63,809 nt of DNA, filler included, from Reclinomonas americana ATCC 50394 (GCA_048213135.1; 6 parts of 4 records of this genome joined end to end with filler, not necessarily neighbours in it), one strand, 5' to 3'; numbered from the whole stretch's first letter, positions 39,840 to 51,753 are shown. The notes: generated by a model from the letters alone, not told the origin. Numbers and translations are program-made.

Positions 39840-41132
39840 ATGAACATGGTGACGATTGATGACCGCCTGACGGTCTCTGCCCAACCGGATCCTGCTGCCT
39901 TCGGTGACCTCGCGCGACAAGGCTTTGCCGCCATCATCAATGCCAGACCGGATGGTGAAGAGGCAGGGCAACCGGGCAACGCCGCCGAAGCCGCCGCCGC
40001 GCGTTCGGCCGGCCTCGGCTATGCCTTCGTACCGGTCACCGGTCCGACCATCACCGAGGCCGACGTCCGGGCATTTCAGGAAGCGATGAAGGAGGCGAAA
40101 GGGCCGACCCTTGCCCATTGCAAGAGCGGAATGCGGGCGCTCACGCTCTACGCGATCGGTGAGGTGCTCGACGGGCGAATGCAGCGCGCGGAGGTCGAGA
40201 TCTTCGGAAAGGGCAACGGCTTCGACCTGTCCGGCGCCGCAGTCTGGCTTGATCGACGGGACGCCAAGGTTTCGCGCGTCATGGGTTTCCACGACGCGCG
40301 TACGGGCAGCATTCAGTATGTCGTCACCGATCCGGCGACAGGCGCCTGCGCGGTGATCGATCCTGTCCTCGATTTCGACGAGAAGTCCGGCGCGACCGCG
40401 ACTGTTCATGCCGATGCGATCCTGGACTATGTGCGGGCCGAAGGGCTGACGGTCGAGTGGATTCTCGACACCCACCCGCATGCCGATCACTTTTCGGCCG
40501 CCGCTTATCTGAAGGAGAAAACCGGCGCGCCGACGGCGATCGGCGCGCGCGTTGTCGACGTGCAGAAGCTCTGGAAGGACATCTACAACTGGCCGGAATT
40601 GGCGACCGACGGATCGCAGTGGGACCGACTGTTTTCGGACGGCGACACCTTCAGGGTCGGCAATCTTGAAGGCCACGTGATGTTCTCGCCCGGACACACG
40701 CTCGCCTCCGTCAGCTACGTCATCGGCGACGCCGCTTTCGTTCATGACACGATTTTCATGCCGGACTCGGGCACGGCCCGCGCCGATTTTCCAGGCGGCA
40801 GCGCCAAGGTTCTGTGGCATTCGATCCAGCGGATTCTGGCGCTTCCCGATGAGACCCGCGTCTTCACGGGCCACGACTACCAGCCGGGCGGGCGACATGC
40901 GAAATGGGAGAGCACGGTGAGCCAGCAAAAGCGCTCCAACCCGCATCTCGCCGATATGACCGAGGACAGCTTCGTGGCGCTTCGCGAAGCGCGGGACCGA
41001 ACATTGCCGATGCCGAGGCTGATCCTCCATGCACTTCAGGTGAACGTGCGCGCCGGCCAGCTCCCCGATCCGGAGGACAACGGCCGGCGCTATCTGAAAA
41101 TTCCACTCGACGCGCTAGGGGCGGCACGGTGA
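39840..41132 (+). CDS. blh: bifunctional DUF442 sulfurtransferase / persulfide dioxygenase
   Basis: INARPDGE and HCKSGMR in the N-domain; THPHADH, GTARADF and GHDY in the MBL-fold domain. Confidence 0.92.
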   Translation: MNMVTIDDRLTVSAQPDPAAFGDLARQGFAAIINARPDGEEAGQPGNAAEAAAARSAGLGYAFVPVTGPTITEADVRAFQEAMKEAKGPTLAHCKSGMRALTLYAIGEVLDGRMQRAEVEIFGKGNGFDLSGAAVWLDRRDAKVSRVMGFHDARTGSIQYVVTDPATGACAVIDPVLDFDEKSGATATVHADAILDYVRAEGLTVEWILDTHPHADHFSAAAYLKEKTGAPTAIGARVVDVQKLWKDIYNWPELATDGSQWDRLFSDGDTFRVGNLEGHVMFSPGHTLASVSYVIGDAAFVHDTIFMPDSGTARADFPGGSAKVLWHSIQRILALPDETRVFTGHDYQPGGRHAKWESTVSQQKRSNPHLADMTEDSFVALREARDRTLPMPRLILHALQVNVRAGQLPDPEDNGRRYLKIPLDALGAAR

Positions 41133-41470
41133 CTGCAATCGAAAAATCGGCGTCCGCCACCATGCCGCCAGAGGAGATGGCAAGCCGGGCAGAAGAGGTC
41201 GCGTCCCTTCTGAAGACGATGGCGCATCCCGTGCGGCTGATGCTCGCCTGCACCCTGGCCGAAGGCGAGCACTCGGTCGGTGAGTTGGAGGAGGAGCTCG
41301 GCGTCCGTCAGCCGACCCTTTCGCAGCAGCTCGGCGTGCTTCGCGAGGCGGGTGTCGTGCAAACGCGCCGCGAGGCCAAGCAGATATTCTATCGCCTGTC
41401 GGAGGAAAAGGCGGCTCAGCTCGTCACGGCGCTCTATGCCATTTTTTGCAGTCCGGAGGGGCGGAGATGA
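41129..41470 (+). CDS. bigR: ArsR-family persulfide-sensing repressor
   Basis: RLMLACTL and AIFCS Cys pair; QPTLSQQL HTH; coupled to blh. Confidence 0.9.
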   Translation: MTAIEKSASATMPPEEMASRAEEVASLLKTMAHPVRLMLACTLAEGEHSVGELEEELGVRQPTLSQQLGVLREAGVVQTRREAKQIFYRLSEEKAAQLVTALYAIFCSPEGRR

Positions 41471-41874
41471 CGCCTTACCTGCCCGCGCTTTTTGGCGGCA
41501 TGCTGCTCGGTCTCTCCGCCGTCCTGCTGCTCGTCGCCAACGGTCGGATCGCCGGCATCAGCGGCATCCTGGGAAACCTGCTCGGCGGCAGACCCGTTTG
41601 GGCCAATGCAGCCTTCGTCGTTGGTCTTCTCGCAGGGCCATTTGTCTACGCAGCAGCGTTTGGCCGATTCCCGGCCGTGACGATCGAAACCACCTGGCCC
41701 CTTGTCCTTGCCTCCGGTTTGCTCGTGGGCATCGGCACCCGTATGGGCTCGGGCTGCACGTCCGGCCACGGCATCCTCGGCCTTGCCCGCTTTTCGAAAC
41801 GCTCCTTTGCCGCGACCGCTACCTTCCTCGCCGCCGGGATCGTCGCGGCAACAAGTATGGGGATGCTGAGATGA
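41467..41874 (+). CDS. YeeE/YedE sulfur transport membrane protein, subunit 1
   Basis: GRIAGISG, GSGCTSGHG. Confidence 0.9.
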   Translation: MTPYLPALFGGMLLGLSAVLLLVANGRIAGISGILGNLLGGRPVWANAAFVVGLLAGPFVYAAAFGRFPAVTIETTWPLVLASGLLVGIGTRMGSGCTSGHGILGLARFSKRSFAATATFLAAGIVAATSMGMLR

Positions 41875-42308
41875 GCGGTTCCATTTATGCCCGCCCTGCC
41901 ATCGCCCTGCTTGCGGGCGCGATTTTCAGCTTCGGATTGTCGCTGTCCGGCATGGTCGACCCCGCGCGCGTCCTCGGTTTCCTCGACATCGCGAGCGGCG
42001 ATTGGGACCCGAGCCTGATGTTCGTGCTCGGCGGCGCTGTGCTCGTCGCGATGCCGGGCGTCGTGCTCCAGCGCAGCATGGCGAAGCCGGTTCTGGATGC
42101 ACGATTTCATCTGCCGGAGAAGACGCAGATCGACGCGCGCCTTCTCATTGGATCGGCGATTTTCGGCGTCGGCTGGGGGCTCGCCGGCTTCTGCCCGGGA
42201 CCGGCCATTTCCGCCTTTTTGATGGGGCTGCCGCTTGTCCTCCTGTTCGTCGCTGCCATGGCCACAGGCATGGTCTTTCACGACCGGGTCTTAGCTGGGC
42301 GGCTTTAA
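41871..42308 (+). CDS. YeeE/YedE sulfur transport membrane protein, subunit 2
   Basis: SGMVDPARVLGFLD, WDPSL, GWGLAGFCPGP. Confidence 0.9.
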   Translation: MSGSIYARPAIALLAGAIFSFGLSLSGMVDPARVLGFLDIASGDWDPSLMFVLGGAVLVAMPGVVLQRSMAKPVLDARFHLPEKTQIDARLLIGSAIFGVGWGLAGFCPGPAISAFLMGLPLVLLFVAAMATGMVFHDRVLAGRL

Positions 42309-42321
42309 CCTGCCACGGGCC

Positions 42322-42738
42322 TCAATCGCCGGCACACACGCGAATGAGCGGAGCCTCGGCGCCTGCGCATAGGGGCTTGGCGCGATAGAAGCAGGAACAC
42401 CGGCCAGTATGGCAGCAGCCACCATCGCCCGCGACATTGACCTTGAGCCAGAGCGCATCCTGGTCGCAGTCGATGCGCATTTCGACGATGGTCTGGATCT
42501 GGCCCGAGGTGTCGCCCTTGTGCCAAAGTTGCTGGCGTGAGCGCGACCAGTACCAGGCTTCGCCGGTCTCGATGCTGCGCCCCAGGGCGTCCGCATTCAT
42601 ATGCGCGACCATCAGCAGCTCGCCGGTCTCGGCATCGGTGGTGACGCAGGTGATCAGGCCATTGGTGTCGAAGCGCGGCGCGAGTTGCGTGCCGTCCTCG
42701 AGGGCGTGCTTGTCCGAGAGGACGGGGAAAGCTGTCAT
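42322..42738 (-). CDS. hisI: phosphoribosyl-AMP cyclohydrolase
   Basis: [34 protein letters not shown]. Confidence 0.95.
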   Translation of the reverse strand: MTAFPVLSDKHALEDGTQLAPRFDTNGLITCVTTDAETGELLMVAHMNADALGRSIETGEAWYWSRSRQQLWHKGDTSGQIQTIVEMRIDCDQDALWLKVNVAGDGGCCHTGRCSCFYRAKPLCAGAEAPLIRVCAGD

Positions 42739-42744
42739 TGGTGG

Positions 42745-43362
42745 CTAGCCTCTCGCGTTCAACAAGAGCCGGATCTTCTCCAGCGCCGCCGCGTCGTCCT
42801 CATGATAGTCGATCATACTCTTGAAGCGGCCCTTGGCGTCCATCAGGTAGACCGACGCCGTATGGTCCATGGTGTAGCCGCTCTCGGTCTCAATCCGCTT
42901 GGCATGGACCTTGTAGGCCGAGAGCGCGGTATCGACCTGCGCCTGGGTACCGGACAAGCCGATGATCCTGGAATCGAAGGATTGCAGGTAAAGCGCCATC
43001 TGCGCGGGTGTGTCGCGTTCCGGGTCAACCGTGACAAAGAGAACCTGCAGGCGATCCGCGTCGGGGCCGAGCTTGCCGAGCTGGTTGCTGATCTCGAACA
43101 GCGTCGTCGGGCAAACCTCCGGGCAATGGGTGAAGCCGAAGAACACCAGCGTCGGCTTGCCCAAATAGGTCGCTTCCGTGACGGTCTCGCCCTTGTGGTT
43201 GACGAGCGTGAACGGGCCGCCGACAGCGAATGTAGCGACCTCGGTCCGTTTCCGGCCGGGGCCGTCGACCTGCCACCAGCCGATCAGGATCGCGGCACTG
43301 ACGAAGACCAGAATGGCGACGGCGGCCCAAGCGCCGTAGCGAATCCACTTAAGCGCTTGCAT
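42745..43362 (-). CDS. SCO1/SenC-family copper chaperone
   Basis: N-terminal TM; FGFTHCPEVCP; VTVDPERD; MDHTA. Confidence 0.95.
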   Translation of the reverse strand: MQALKWIRYGAWAAVAILVFVSAAILIGWWQVDGPGRKRTEVATFAVGGPFTLVNHKGETVTEATYLGKPTLVFFGFTHCPEVCPTTLFEISNQLGKLGPDADRLQVLFVTVDPERDTPAQMALYLQSFDSRIIGLSGTQAQVDTALSAYKVHAKRIETESGYTMDHTASVYLMDAKGRFKSMIDYHEDDAAALEKIRLLLNARG

Positions 43363-43564
43363 GGCGGGCGAAGGTCGATGTCGGCGAGGTGGGGCTTTGC
43401 TGCTGCAGTGCCGGACCGCGCATCTCGCGGGTGACGTGATCGAAGCTGATCGCGAAGGCGAACGAGACGAAGGCCAGGAGCAGGATCAGCACGATCCTTT
43501 GCCGTGCGTCAGCGGCATCCAGCATCGCGCGCTGATTTCCAGCCGGCAGCGAACTCTTGTTCAT
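43349..43564 (-). CDS. small single-TM hypothetical protein
   Basis: 71 aa with one hydrophobic helix; fills the gap between the LD-transpeptidase and SCO genes and overlaps the SCO start. Confidence 0.55.
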   Translation of the reverse strand: MNKSSLPAGNQRAMLDAADARQRIVLILLLAFVSFAFAISFDHVTREMRGPALQQQSPTSPTSTFARHASA

Positions 43565-43624
43565 GATCGGGATATGTCCTTGCTGGTCGCGCCCGTGACC
43601 TGCGTCATGGGGCCCGGATATCGG

Positions 43625-44660
43625 TCAACGCTTGGGGAGCGATCCGGTCGCGTCGGCGTCGCCGCTTTCGAACGGGTCCGCCAGCGCAGCATCCGGGCGA
43701 CTGATCTCCACCTTGCCGGACACCATGGCCTGCATCCGCTCGGGTCCCATCGTCCTGAGCAGCTTCCGGAAGCTCGGGTGCATGCCACCATCGGCGTAGG
43801 CGAAGGCCGCCGTCGGGAGCCCAGTGCCGACGAGTTCGGCAATGCGGCTTTCATCGCGGGCGCGGCGCTCCGCCACGAGGCCCTGGATTTCCGGTTCGAC
43901 CTCGTAGGCCGGCCGGGTCGAAGGAGCTGGTGTCGCCCTTGACGTTGAAGACGTAACGCCGGCCGCAGGCGGCGAGCTTGGGCGGCTGCCGCGTCGCGTC
44001 GAAATGGTCGGCACCTTCCTTCAGGTTGCGCCAGAAGGCGATGTGCGCATTGCTCCGGTACCGCACCATGTTCTCCGGCGTCATCCGAAACGGCAGGGCC
44101 TGGACCTGGAAGCCGGCCTGGCCGCCGGCGAAGGCTTCGCGCGCGAGCCCATAGATCTCGCTGACGCCCTCATCCGTCATCGCGAAGCAGCCAGCCGAGG
44201 TGCAGGCGCCATGCACCATCAGCGCCGACCCGGAATAGCCCTGCGATCGCTCCAGCGGGTTCGGGTAGCCGAGATTGAAGGAGAGATAGAACTGCGAGCG
44301 CGGATTCATCAGATCCGCCGTGACGGTATAGAAGCCCTCGGGCGCCTGACGGTCGCCCTCGCGCTTCTTCGGCCCGAGTTGTCCTGACCAGCGGCACATC
44401 GGGTAGGTCTTCAGCAAGGCGTACCTGCCGCTGCGGTCACGCTTCCAAACTTCGAGCTCGCTCTCCATCTTGTAGATGCGCACGAAGATCGGGTCTGCCT
44501 CGCTCATGCCCTTCGCGTGTATCTGCGCGACGAGCTTGGCCGGAAGCGGCTGCAGGTGACGCGTGTCGCCCTCGCCGACGACGCAGCCGGACAGGACGAA
44601 GGCGCCGAGCGCGAGTGCGGCAGCCAATCTGACAAAGGGACGCAAGGTGGGAAATTGCAT
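43625..44660 (-). pseudogene. YafK/DpaA-like murein L,D-transpeptidase-family lipoprotein, frameshift near 43910
   Basis: Lipobox LSGC; GPKKREGDRQAPEGFY; MVHGACTSAGC catalytic motif. The C-terminus (AYEVEP…DGGMHPSF) continues in another frame. Confidence 0.85.
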
Positions 44661-44810
44661 GAAGGAGAGCGTGCGCGAAGGAGCCTGATATGCTGTTAAC
44701 GGTCGATATGGGGAGCCTTACAACCTGATGCCGCTTCAGGTTCAAGTGGAAATCATCCGCCAGCAGGCCTGCCGCTGTGGGCCAAAACACGGAAAACCGA
44801 GCTGGTTCTT

Positions 44811-45933
44811 CTAGCGCAATACCGGATCAGGCAACATGAGCGGCGGAAGGTCGATTTGAAGCTCCCGGCCTGAGGGGGGAGGTGTGACATTGCGAAGCAC
44901 GAGGGCGGGAAACAGAATGAGAAGCACGACCGTAAGCGCCTGGATCAGCACGAACGGCACGGCGCCCCAATAAATGCTCAAGGTTTTGATCGAGGCGGGC
45001 GTGACGCTGCGGAGATTGTAGAGGGCGATACCGAAGGGCGGATGCATGAAGGATGTTTGCAAGTTGATCGCAAGCAGGACAGCCAGCCACACGACATCCA
45101 CGCCAGCCGTGTGAGCGATCGGCGCAATCAGCGGCAGAACGATGAAGGCGATTTCGAAAAAATCGAGAAAGAAGGCCAGGCCGAAGACCGCCGCATTCAC
45201 TGCGAGGACGAACCCGATTTGACCGGCCGGAATGTGCTGGAACAAGGCCTCGATCATGAGATGTCCGTTCAGCCCACGGAATACCAGCGTGAAGAAGGAC
45301 GCACCGATCAGCAGAAAGACAACGCCGGAGCAAAGCACGCCCGCCGCGACGAGCGCTTGCTTCATACCAGCGAGCTTAAGCCGCCGTTTCGCCCACGCTA
45401 ACGTCAGCGCCGCGGTGACGCCGATAGCGCCCGCCTCACTTGGAGTTGCGATGCCGAACGCGACCGAAGCCGACACGCAAACAACCAAACCAATAGGCAA
45501 AGCCCCATCGAGGAAGAGCCGCAGCCGGGAGCGCCAATCGGCTTTGCCTATCCAACCGGAATCGAGTACCGGGGGCGCCAGAAGCGGTTTCCAGGTGGTC
45601 AAGGCGAAGATATAGAGCATGTAAAGCGCCACCAGCGCGACGCTGGGTAGCAGAGCGCCCCGATAAATGTCGATCAGCGACACTTCGAGTTGCTCGGCCA
45701 ACACAATCAGGACCAGGCTCGGTGGCACCACCTGGGCCAGCGTTCCCGAGGCGGCGACAACGCCGGTCGCCAGCCGGCTATCATAGCCGGCCCGGATCAT
45801 GACCGGCAGCGCGATCAATCCAAGCGCGATGACTGACGCCGAAACAAATCCGACGATCGGCGACAGGACCGTGCCGACAATGACGACCGCATAGGCTAGC
45901 CCGCCAGGCAGTCTGCGGAAGAGGCGATTGAGC
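44811..45933 (-). CDS. TRAP transporter large permease (DctM family), 5'-truncated by contig end
   Basis: GTLAQVVPPSLVLI, ATPSEAGA, QTSFMHPPFG. Confidence 0.92.
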
Positions 45934-46033
45934 NNNNNNNNNNNNNNNNNNNNNNNNNNNNNNNNNNNNNNNNNNNNTTAATTAATTAANNNNNNNNNNN
46001 NNNNNNNNNNNNNNNNNNNNNNNNNNNNNNNNN
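45934..46033. other. artificial linker; bacterial-to-eukaryotic boundary
   Basis: N44-TTAATTAATTAA-N44; composition and gene structure change abruptly across it. Confidence 0.98.
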
Positions 46034-47506
46034 GAAAATCAAGAAATTCGAGAACTCCTCTCCAGTTAACTTGCCAGATCCAGCGACCACGCCATTCCTG
46101 AGTGTTTGCCAGGCACTACCTTCGTCCAAAGCGGCTCGAGTCACTTCCTGATCAGTTTTGCAAGGAAAGAAACAACAAATTTTGACGAAAAAATGGGTAA
46201 CAAAAATTGGGTGCCTCCAATCAGTTTCCACGGAGAGGGCGATCATTTGATCGCTGGAGTGCGCGCGTGAGCCCAACGGTTCCCAGTGGCACTGAGGTTG
46301 CTACTGGTACGTGGCCAGTCAAAGGCGATGATTTGGCGGTCACCCACGGTCGCAGTCATGCAGACGACCGTGTCTGGAGGAACGTCAAAGTCGCGCATTC
46401 TCACCGACCACACCACTCTTCGCCTCTGTGTGAAACACATATCCACATGACGTGGGGACACAGGGCAACTACCTCCGCTGCAGTGCAAGCGAAGCGGTCG
46501 TCGGTGACGCCGAGGAGTGTGCGGTCATCCAACACAGCCAAATTTTTGGCATTCAATCACATTGAGATGACGTCAATGATGCGCAGTGGCAGATCGTTTG
46601 ACTCGTGTGGAGACTGCGTTGAGGGTCACGGTGTGTTGGCGGGTTGCTGCTGAGCACTTCTGTGTGTGCCAGCGGTCAGGAACGACGGCGGCGATTTTCT
46701 GTGACAGTGTTCACAGAATTTTGCGCGACATGTCACACAAGAAATGAGTCTGTCACTCAGATGCGATTTTTGTGCGGGAAACGGAGTTGACAGGCCTGTC
46801 CGGACAGTCCCGGAGATCATTTTTCGCGCAAAAAAAAACGGGCTTGCTGATGTTGTTGTGGAGAAAAATGGAGTAACGGTCGGGCTTTCGGATATATTTG
46901 TCGGCCTATGTANNNNNNNNNNNNNNNNNNNNNNNNNNNNNNNNNNNNNNNNNNNNNNNNNNNNNNNNNNNNNNNNNNNNNNNNNNNNNNNNNNNNNNNN
47001 NNNNNNNNNNNNNNNNNNNNNNNNNNNNNNNNNNNNNNNNNNNNNNNNNNNNNNNNNNNNNNNNNNNNNNNNNNNNNNNNNNNNNNNNNNNNNNNNNNNN
47101 NNNNNNNNNNNNNNNNNNNNNNNNNNNNNNNNNNNNNNNNNNNNNNNNNNNNNNNNNNNNNNNNNNNNNNNNNNNNNNNNNNNNNNNNNNNNNNNNNNNN
47201 NNNNNNNNNNNNNNNNNNNNNNNNNNNNNNNNNNNNNNNNNNNNNNNNNNNNNNNNNNNNNNNNNNNNNNNNNNNNNNNNNNNNNNNNNNNNNNNNNNNN
47301 NNNNNNNNNNNNNNNNNNNNNNNNNNNNNNNNNNNNNNNNNNNNNNNNNNNNNNNNNNNNNNNNNNNNNNNNNNNNNNNNNNNNNNNNNNNNNNNNNNNN
47401 NNNNNNNNNNNNNNNNNNNNNNNNNNNNNNNNNNNNNNNNNNNNNNNNNNNNNNNNNNNNNNNNNNNNNNNNNNNNNNNNNNNNNNNNNNNNNNNNNNNN
47501 NNNNNN

Positions 47507-47940
47507 TTTTGAGTTGTCAAGTCGCGATCGTGGTTTTGGGTCCGTGGGATATATATTCATGGTGCAATTGTGTGACCGGCAAAGGGCTCTGGAAGCGCAG
47601 AGGAGGCCGTGGGAAACATGAGAGAAAGAGAGAGAAGAGAGAGAGACTGATCATGAGAGAAGAAGAGCAAAGAGAGAGTCTTGGTTTCTTTTTGTAGTTG
47701 TTGTTGTTGTGAGTCACGCGTGCACGTGCACTGCTGTCACACGTATTTGCGAGCGCGCACAACAAACAAAGGATCAAACAAATTGAGAAAATGGGTGCGG
47801 GACAGGTGATAAATTTCCCCGCGAAGTCGCATGCATTTTGAGTTGTCAAGTCGTGGTTTTGGGCCCGTGGGCATGTATATTCATGGTTGCAATTGTGTGA
47901 CCGGTAAAGGGCTCAAGAAGCGCAGAGGAGGCCGTGGGAA
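47507..47940. repeat. two diverged direct copies of an ~105-110 bp element
   Basis: ttttgagttgtcaagtcg…gaagcgcagaggaggccgtgggaa at about 47507-47616 and 47836-47940. Confidence 0.85.
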
Positions 47941-48250
47941 GCAGACGAGAATTTGGTCAGAATTTGATCATCACGAAGCTTCAGGATCGCAATATCCGGT
48001 GAGAGACAAAAAGTGTTCATTTGGTGAGGAGACGCAGCTGCACTCAGAGAGTGCACACATGAGCGCTGTCGTGTGTGCATATGTGAAATGCAGAGGAGGT
48101 AGAGATGGAGAGAGAGATCTAGAGACACTGCATGCGTCCGCGCCAAATTAAAAAAATTTACATTCCGCGGAGTTGTTACCGTTTCTCCTCCCTTACTCGC
48201 TTGTGCACGAGAGTTGATTCTCTCTCCTCATGCACACTCGGGCTGCTTCC

Positions 48251-50708
48251 ATGCGCGTGCTGCTTAGCATAGCTGTCATGGTCATTCTCTCACTCACTCT
48301 CTCTGCAAGTTACGCTGCGAGCGCGATAGTGAGAGTTTGTCTGCATCAGTGCTACGTGTTCACCCCACTCCTCTCTCCTCCTCCCACCCCCCCCCTACAA
48401 ATTTGACAACTCACTCTTGCTCTCCCACAGACGCCCAGACAGTGACCACCGCTGTTGCCACCAATATCACTGGCTCAGCCGCCACTCTCAATGCCTGGAT
48501 CAATCCCAACAACGTCGCCGGCGGCACCACCAACTCCTTTGAGTGGTCACCCTATGCCGCTGCTCTTGGCGTTCTCACTGCCACAGTCTCCACCTTTGCG
48601 GGCACGGCGGGCACCTCGGGCACGACGGATGGCGTTGGCGCAAGTGCATTGTTGAATACTCCAATGGTATGTACGCGACAGTTGTGCCCTGTGCAGTATG
48701 CCATGTGCGGCACTGAACACACTGAGTGTGTGCGTTTGTTCTCTCTCGACAGGGACTGGCCTTTGACGCCGTGGGCAACGTGTACGTGGGCGATTACGGG
48801 TTTGTCATGCACACTTCTTGTGTCCTTCTCTAACTCACTCACTCCCTCACACGCGATGACGACAGCAACTGCCGCATTCGACGCATCACGCCCGCAGCCA
48901 CAGTGACAACTTTCGCGGGAAGCACGTGCGGCCTGACGAACGCAACAGGAGTGTCAGCAAAGTTCAAAAAGTGCGCTCTCTCTCTCTTCTTCCTTCCTCT
49001 CTCTCTCTCTCTCTCCTCTCCTCTCCTCTCCCCACTCACTCACGCACTCTCATAGTGTTGCAGGCCTCGCCATTGACCAAACCACTGGCACCATCTATGT
49101 TGCCGATGTGAGTGTGTGCTGACATGCATGATCGCAGCTTGATGCATTCTGCTGACTCTGTGCGTGCATCTCTCTCCCACAGTTGACCAACCACGCTGTG
49201 CGCGCTGTCACCTCCGCAGCCGTGGTCACCACACTAGCAGGCAATGGGGCGTCGGGGAGTGCCAATGCCTCGGGCGCAGCCGCCTCGTTCAATCAGCCTG
49301 CGGCAGTGGCGGTGGATGCCGCGAACCAGGTGGTGTTTGTGGGCGACTGGCAGAACAACACTGTGCGGCGAGTGACCTATGCCGGTGCGGTGTCGACCTT
49401 CTGTGGCTCTGCAGGTGTGAGTGGCACCGCCGATGGTGCGTGTGCGGGAGCGGCGCGATTCGGTGGTCCTAATGGCGTGCTGCTTGTCGGAACCACGCTG
49501 TATGTTGGTGAGTGCTGTTAGAGATGATGCCCTTCCACCCCATTCTCATCTCGCCTTCCTGCTTGTGCGTGAGTGCAGCCGACCGCGTGAACAACTCCAT
49601 CCGAGCCATTGACACAGTGGCGATGACGGTGACGACATTAGCAGGTTCAACGAGCGGCGCGTCTGGATCCACGGATGCCACCGGTGAGTTCATCATGTTC
49701 ACCCCCGATTGGATTGTTTGCGTGTGCTCTTACCGATCAGCAGGAACGGCTGCTCGCTTCAACACTCCTGTGGGACTGGCATACGACTCGGGAAACAACG
49801 TCATCTATGTCGCCGATGTTGAGTTCCTTCTTCCCGCAATGAGACTTCTCTTGATTGTTGGTTCTCACTGCCTGAACCTCCCACACAGTCTGTCAACAAC
49901 ACCATTCGGCAACTCCGTGTGTCAGACTCGTCTGTGACAACGATTGGCGGTGCGGCGGGCATGAGTGGCTCAGCCGACGGCAGCGCTCTGACTGTGGCAC
50001 GCTTCAACTCGCCTGTCCACCTCGCCTTCGATGCATCGACTGCATCGGTGCTCATTGCCGAATACACCACACACATCATCCGTCGCCTCTCGCTGTCATC
50101 GCAGTCGGCGTCGGCCACACCCGCCACCTCCACTGGCTCTGCCGCCACCTCCATCACTGCGTCACTGAGTGGGCTGGTGACCAACTGGACGTACTACTAT
50201 CGCGCCGTCGGTGTCACCTCCACACCCAGCACTGTTAATGGTGCCACCGTGTCATTTACCACCTCCATGAATGTGGCTCCGACCGACATTACCTGCTCGT
50301 CGACGACCTATGTGTCGCCGTCGGTGGCGAATCAAGTCGTGTGTGCGCTGCAGACGACCGACAGCAACGCAGGCCAGTCATTCGCATATTCGATCGTCGG
50401 CGGCGCCAACAGCGGGGTGTTCTCGATCAGCGGACAGTCGCTGGTGATTGTGGTGGCGGGGCAGACGGGCAGCTCGCTGGCGGTGACGATCCGGTCGACG
50501 GACAATGGAACGCCGCCGCTGTTCTTCGACAAGGCGTTCACCATAAACACAGGTCAAGCACCCTTGATGCTGCATTGTCTTCTGTGCTCTGTGTCTGTTG
50601 CTGTTCTCGTTCATATTCTTTTTGTATCTCTCCGTCTTATTCTTCTTTACTTCTACTTGTTTGCATTCTCCGTCTCATTGTCCTCCTCCTCCTGCTTCTC
50701 CTCCTCCT

Positions 50709-50744
<36 letters not shown>

Positions 50745-51752
50745 GGCCATTCATAGTGCTTCTCTTCTTTTTGGTGTTTCACAGCCACCCAATCGCTCGC
50801 CACACTGGCGGCCACCAATGTGACAACCTCGTCGGTGACATTGAATGCCGTTGTGGGCAACTCTGTGGCGGCGTCGACAATGAGCAACTCGTTCGAGTGG
50901 GCGCCTTCGGCGGCTGCATTGGGTATCACGCCGGCAGTGTCGACGTGGTTGGGCACGGCGGGCATGTCTGGTTCGGCGAATGGCACCGGGGCTGCCGCTC
51001 GTCTCAACAGCCCAACGGTTTGATGACAGTTGCAGGTGTTTTCAAAATGCACGTTTGCATCTCATTTTCCTATATGCAGAGCATCGCCATTGATGCTTCT
51101 GGAACTGCATTTGTGTGTGATCAAGGAAATCACACGATTCGGCGAGTGTCGAGTGGTGGTGTGTCGTCAACATTTCTTGGTACCGCTGGAGCAGCGACCT
51201 TGGTTGACGGAGTCGGTGCTGCTGCGCGGTTTAACACGCCCACCGATGTGTCGATTGACTTGGCCACCGGGTATTTGTACATTTCTGACGTTGCGTTTTG
51301 AGACGGTCCGTGTCGATTCCTGGCATCGACGCTGTTTCTCACGTTCACGCTCTGCAGCAAGCCAACCACGCAATCCGTGTGAGCACCCCTGCTGGCTCTG
51401 TCTCGACTCTGGCTGGCAACGGATCCTCGGGCGCCGCCGATGGAACCGGATCTAGCGCGAGGTTTACGAATCCGTTTGGAGTTGTTGCTGACTCATCGAA
51501 CAAGGTGATATACGTCGGCGACTGGCTGAATAGGGCGATTAGAAAGGTTCGTACGCACGCCTGCGACTTCTGTTTGTACAATGTGCGACGTAACTCTCAG
51601 ATCGAACCTCGCAGGTCACATATGACGGCAAAGTCGCCACATATTGTGGTACGAAAGGGACGTTTGGACAAGTTGACGGTGCGTGTGCAACTGCGCAGTT
51701 TGGTGGACCTGCGGGGTTGGCTCTGGACACCACTGCCAGTCGGCTGTACGTC

Positions 51753-51753
<1 letters not shown>
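48251..51753 (+). CDS. multi-exon secreted protein, part 1: signal peptide, Fn3-like domain with NHL repeats, cadherin-like domain, second NHL block
   Basis: MRVLLSIAVMVILSLTLSASYA; spliced NHL repeats (TLAGNGASGSANASGAAASFNQPAAVAVD; ARFNTPVGLA); LSGLVTNWTYYYRAVG; NVAPTDI…STDNGTPP; short GT-AG introns. Exon borders approximate. Confidence 0.8.

Noticed and set aside
45934..46033. Bacterium-to-eukaryote horizontal transfer junction
   Set aside because: The junction is an artificial linker, with no physical continuity.
46034..46912. Possible coding or transposon sequence at the start of the eukaryotic part
   Set aside because: Frames are interrupted by stops and I recognise no domain; cannot be supported without a search.
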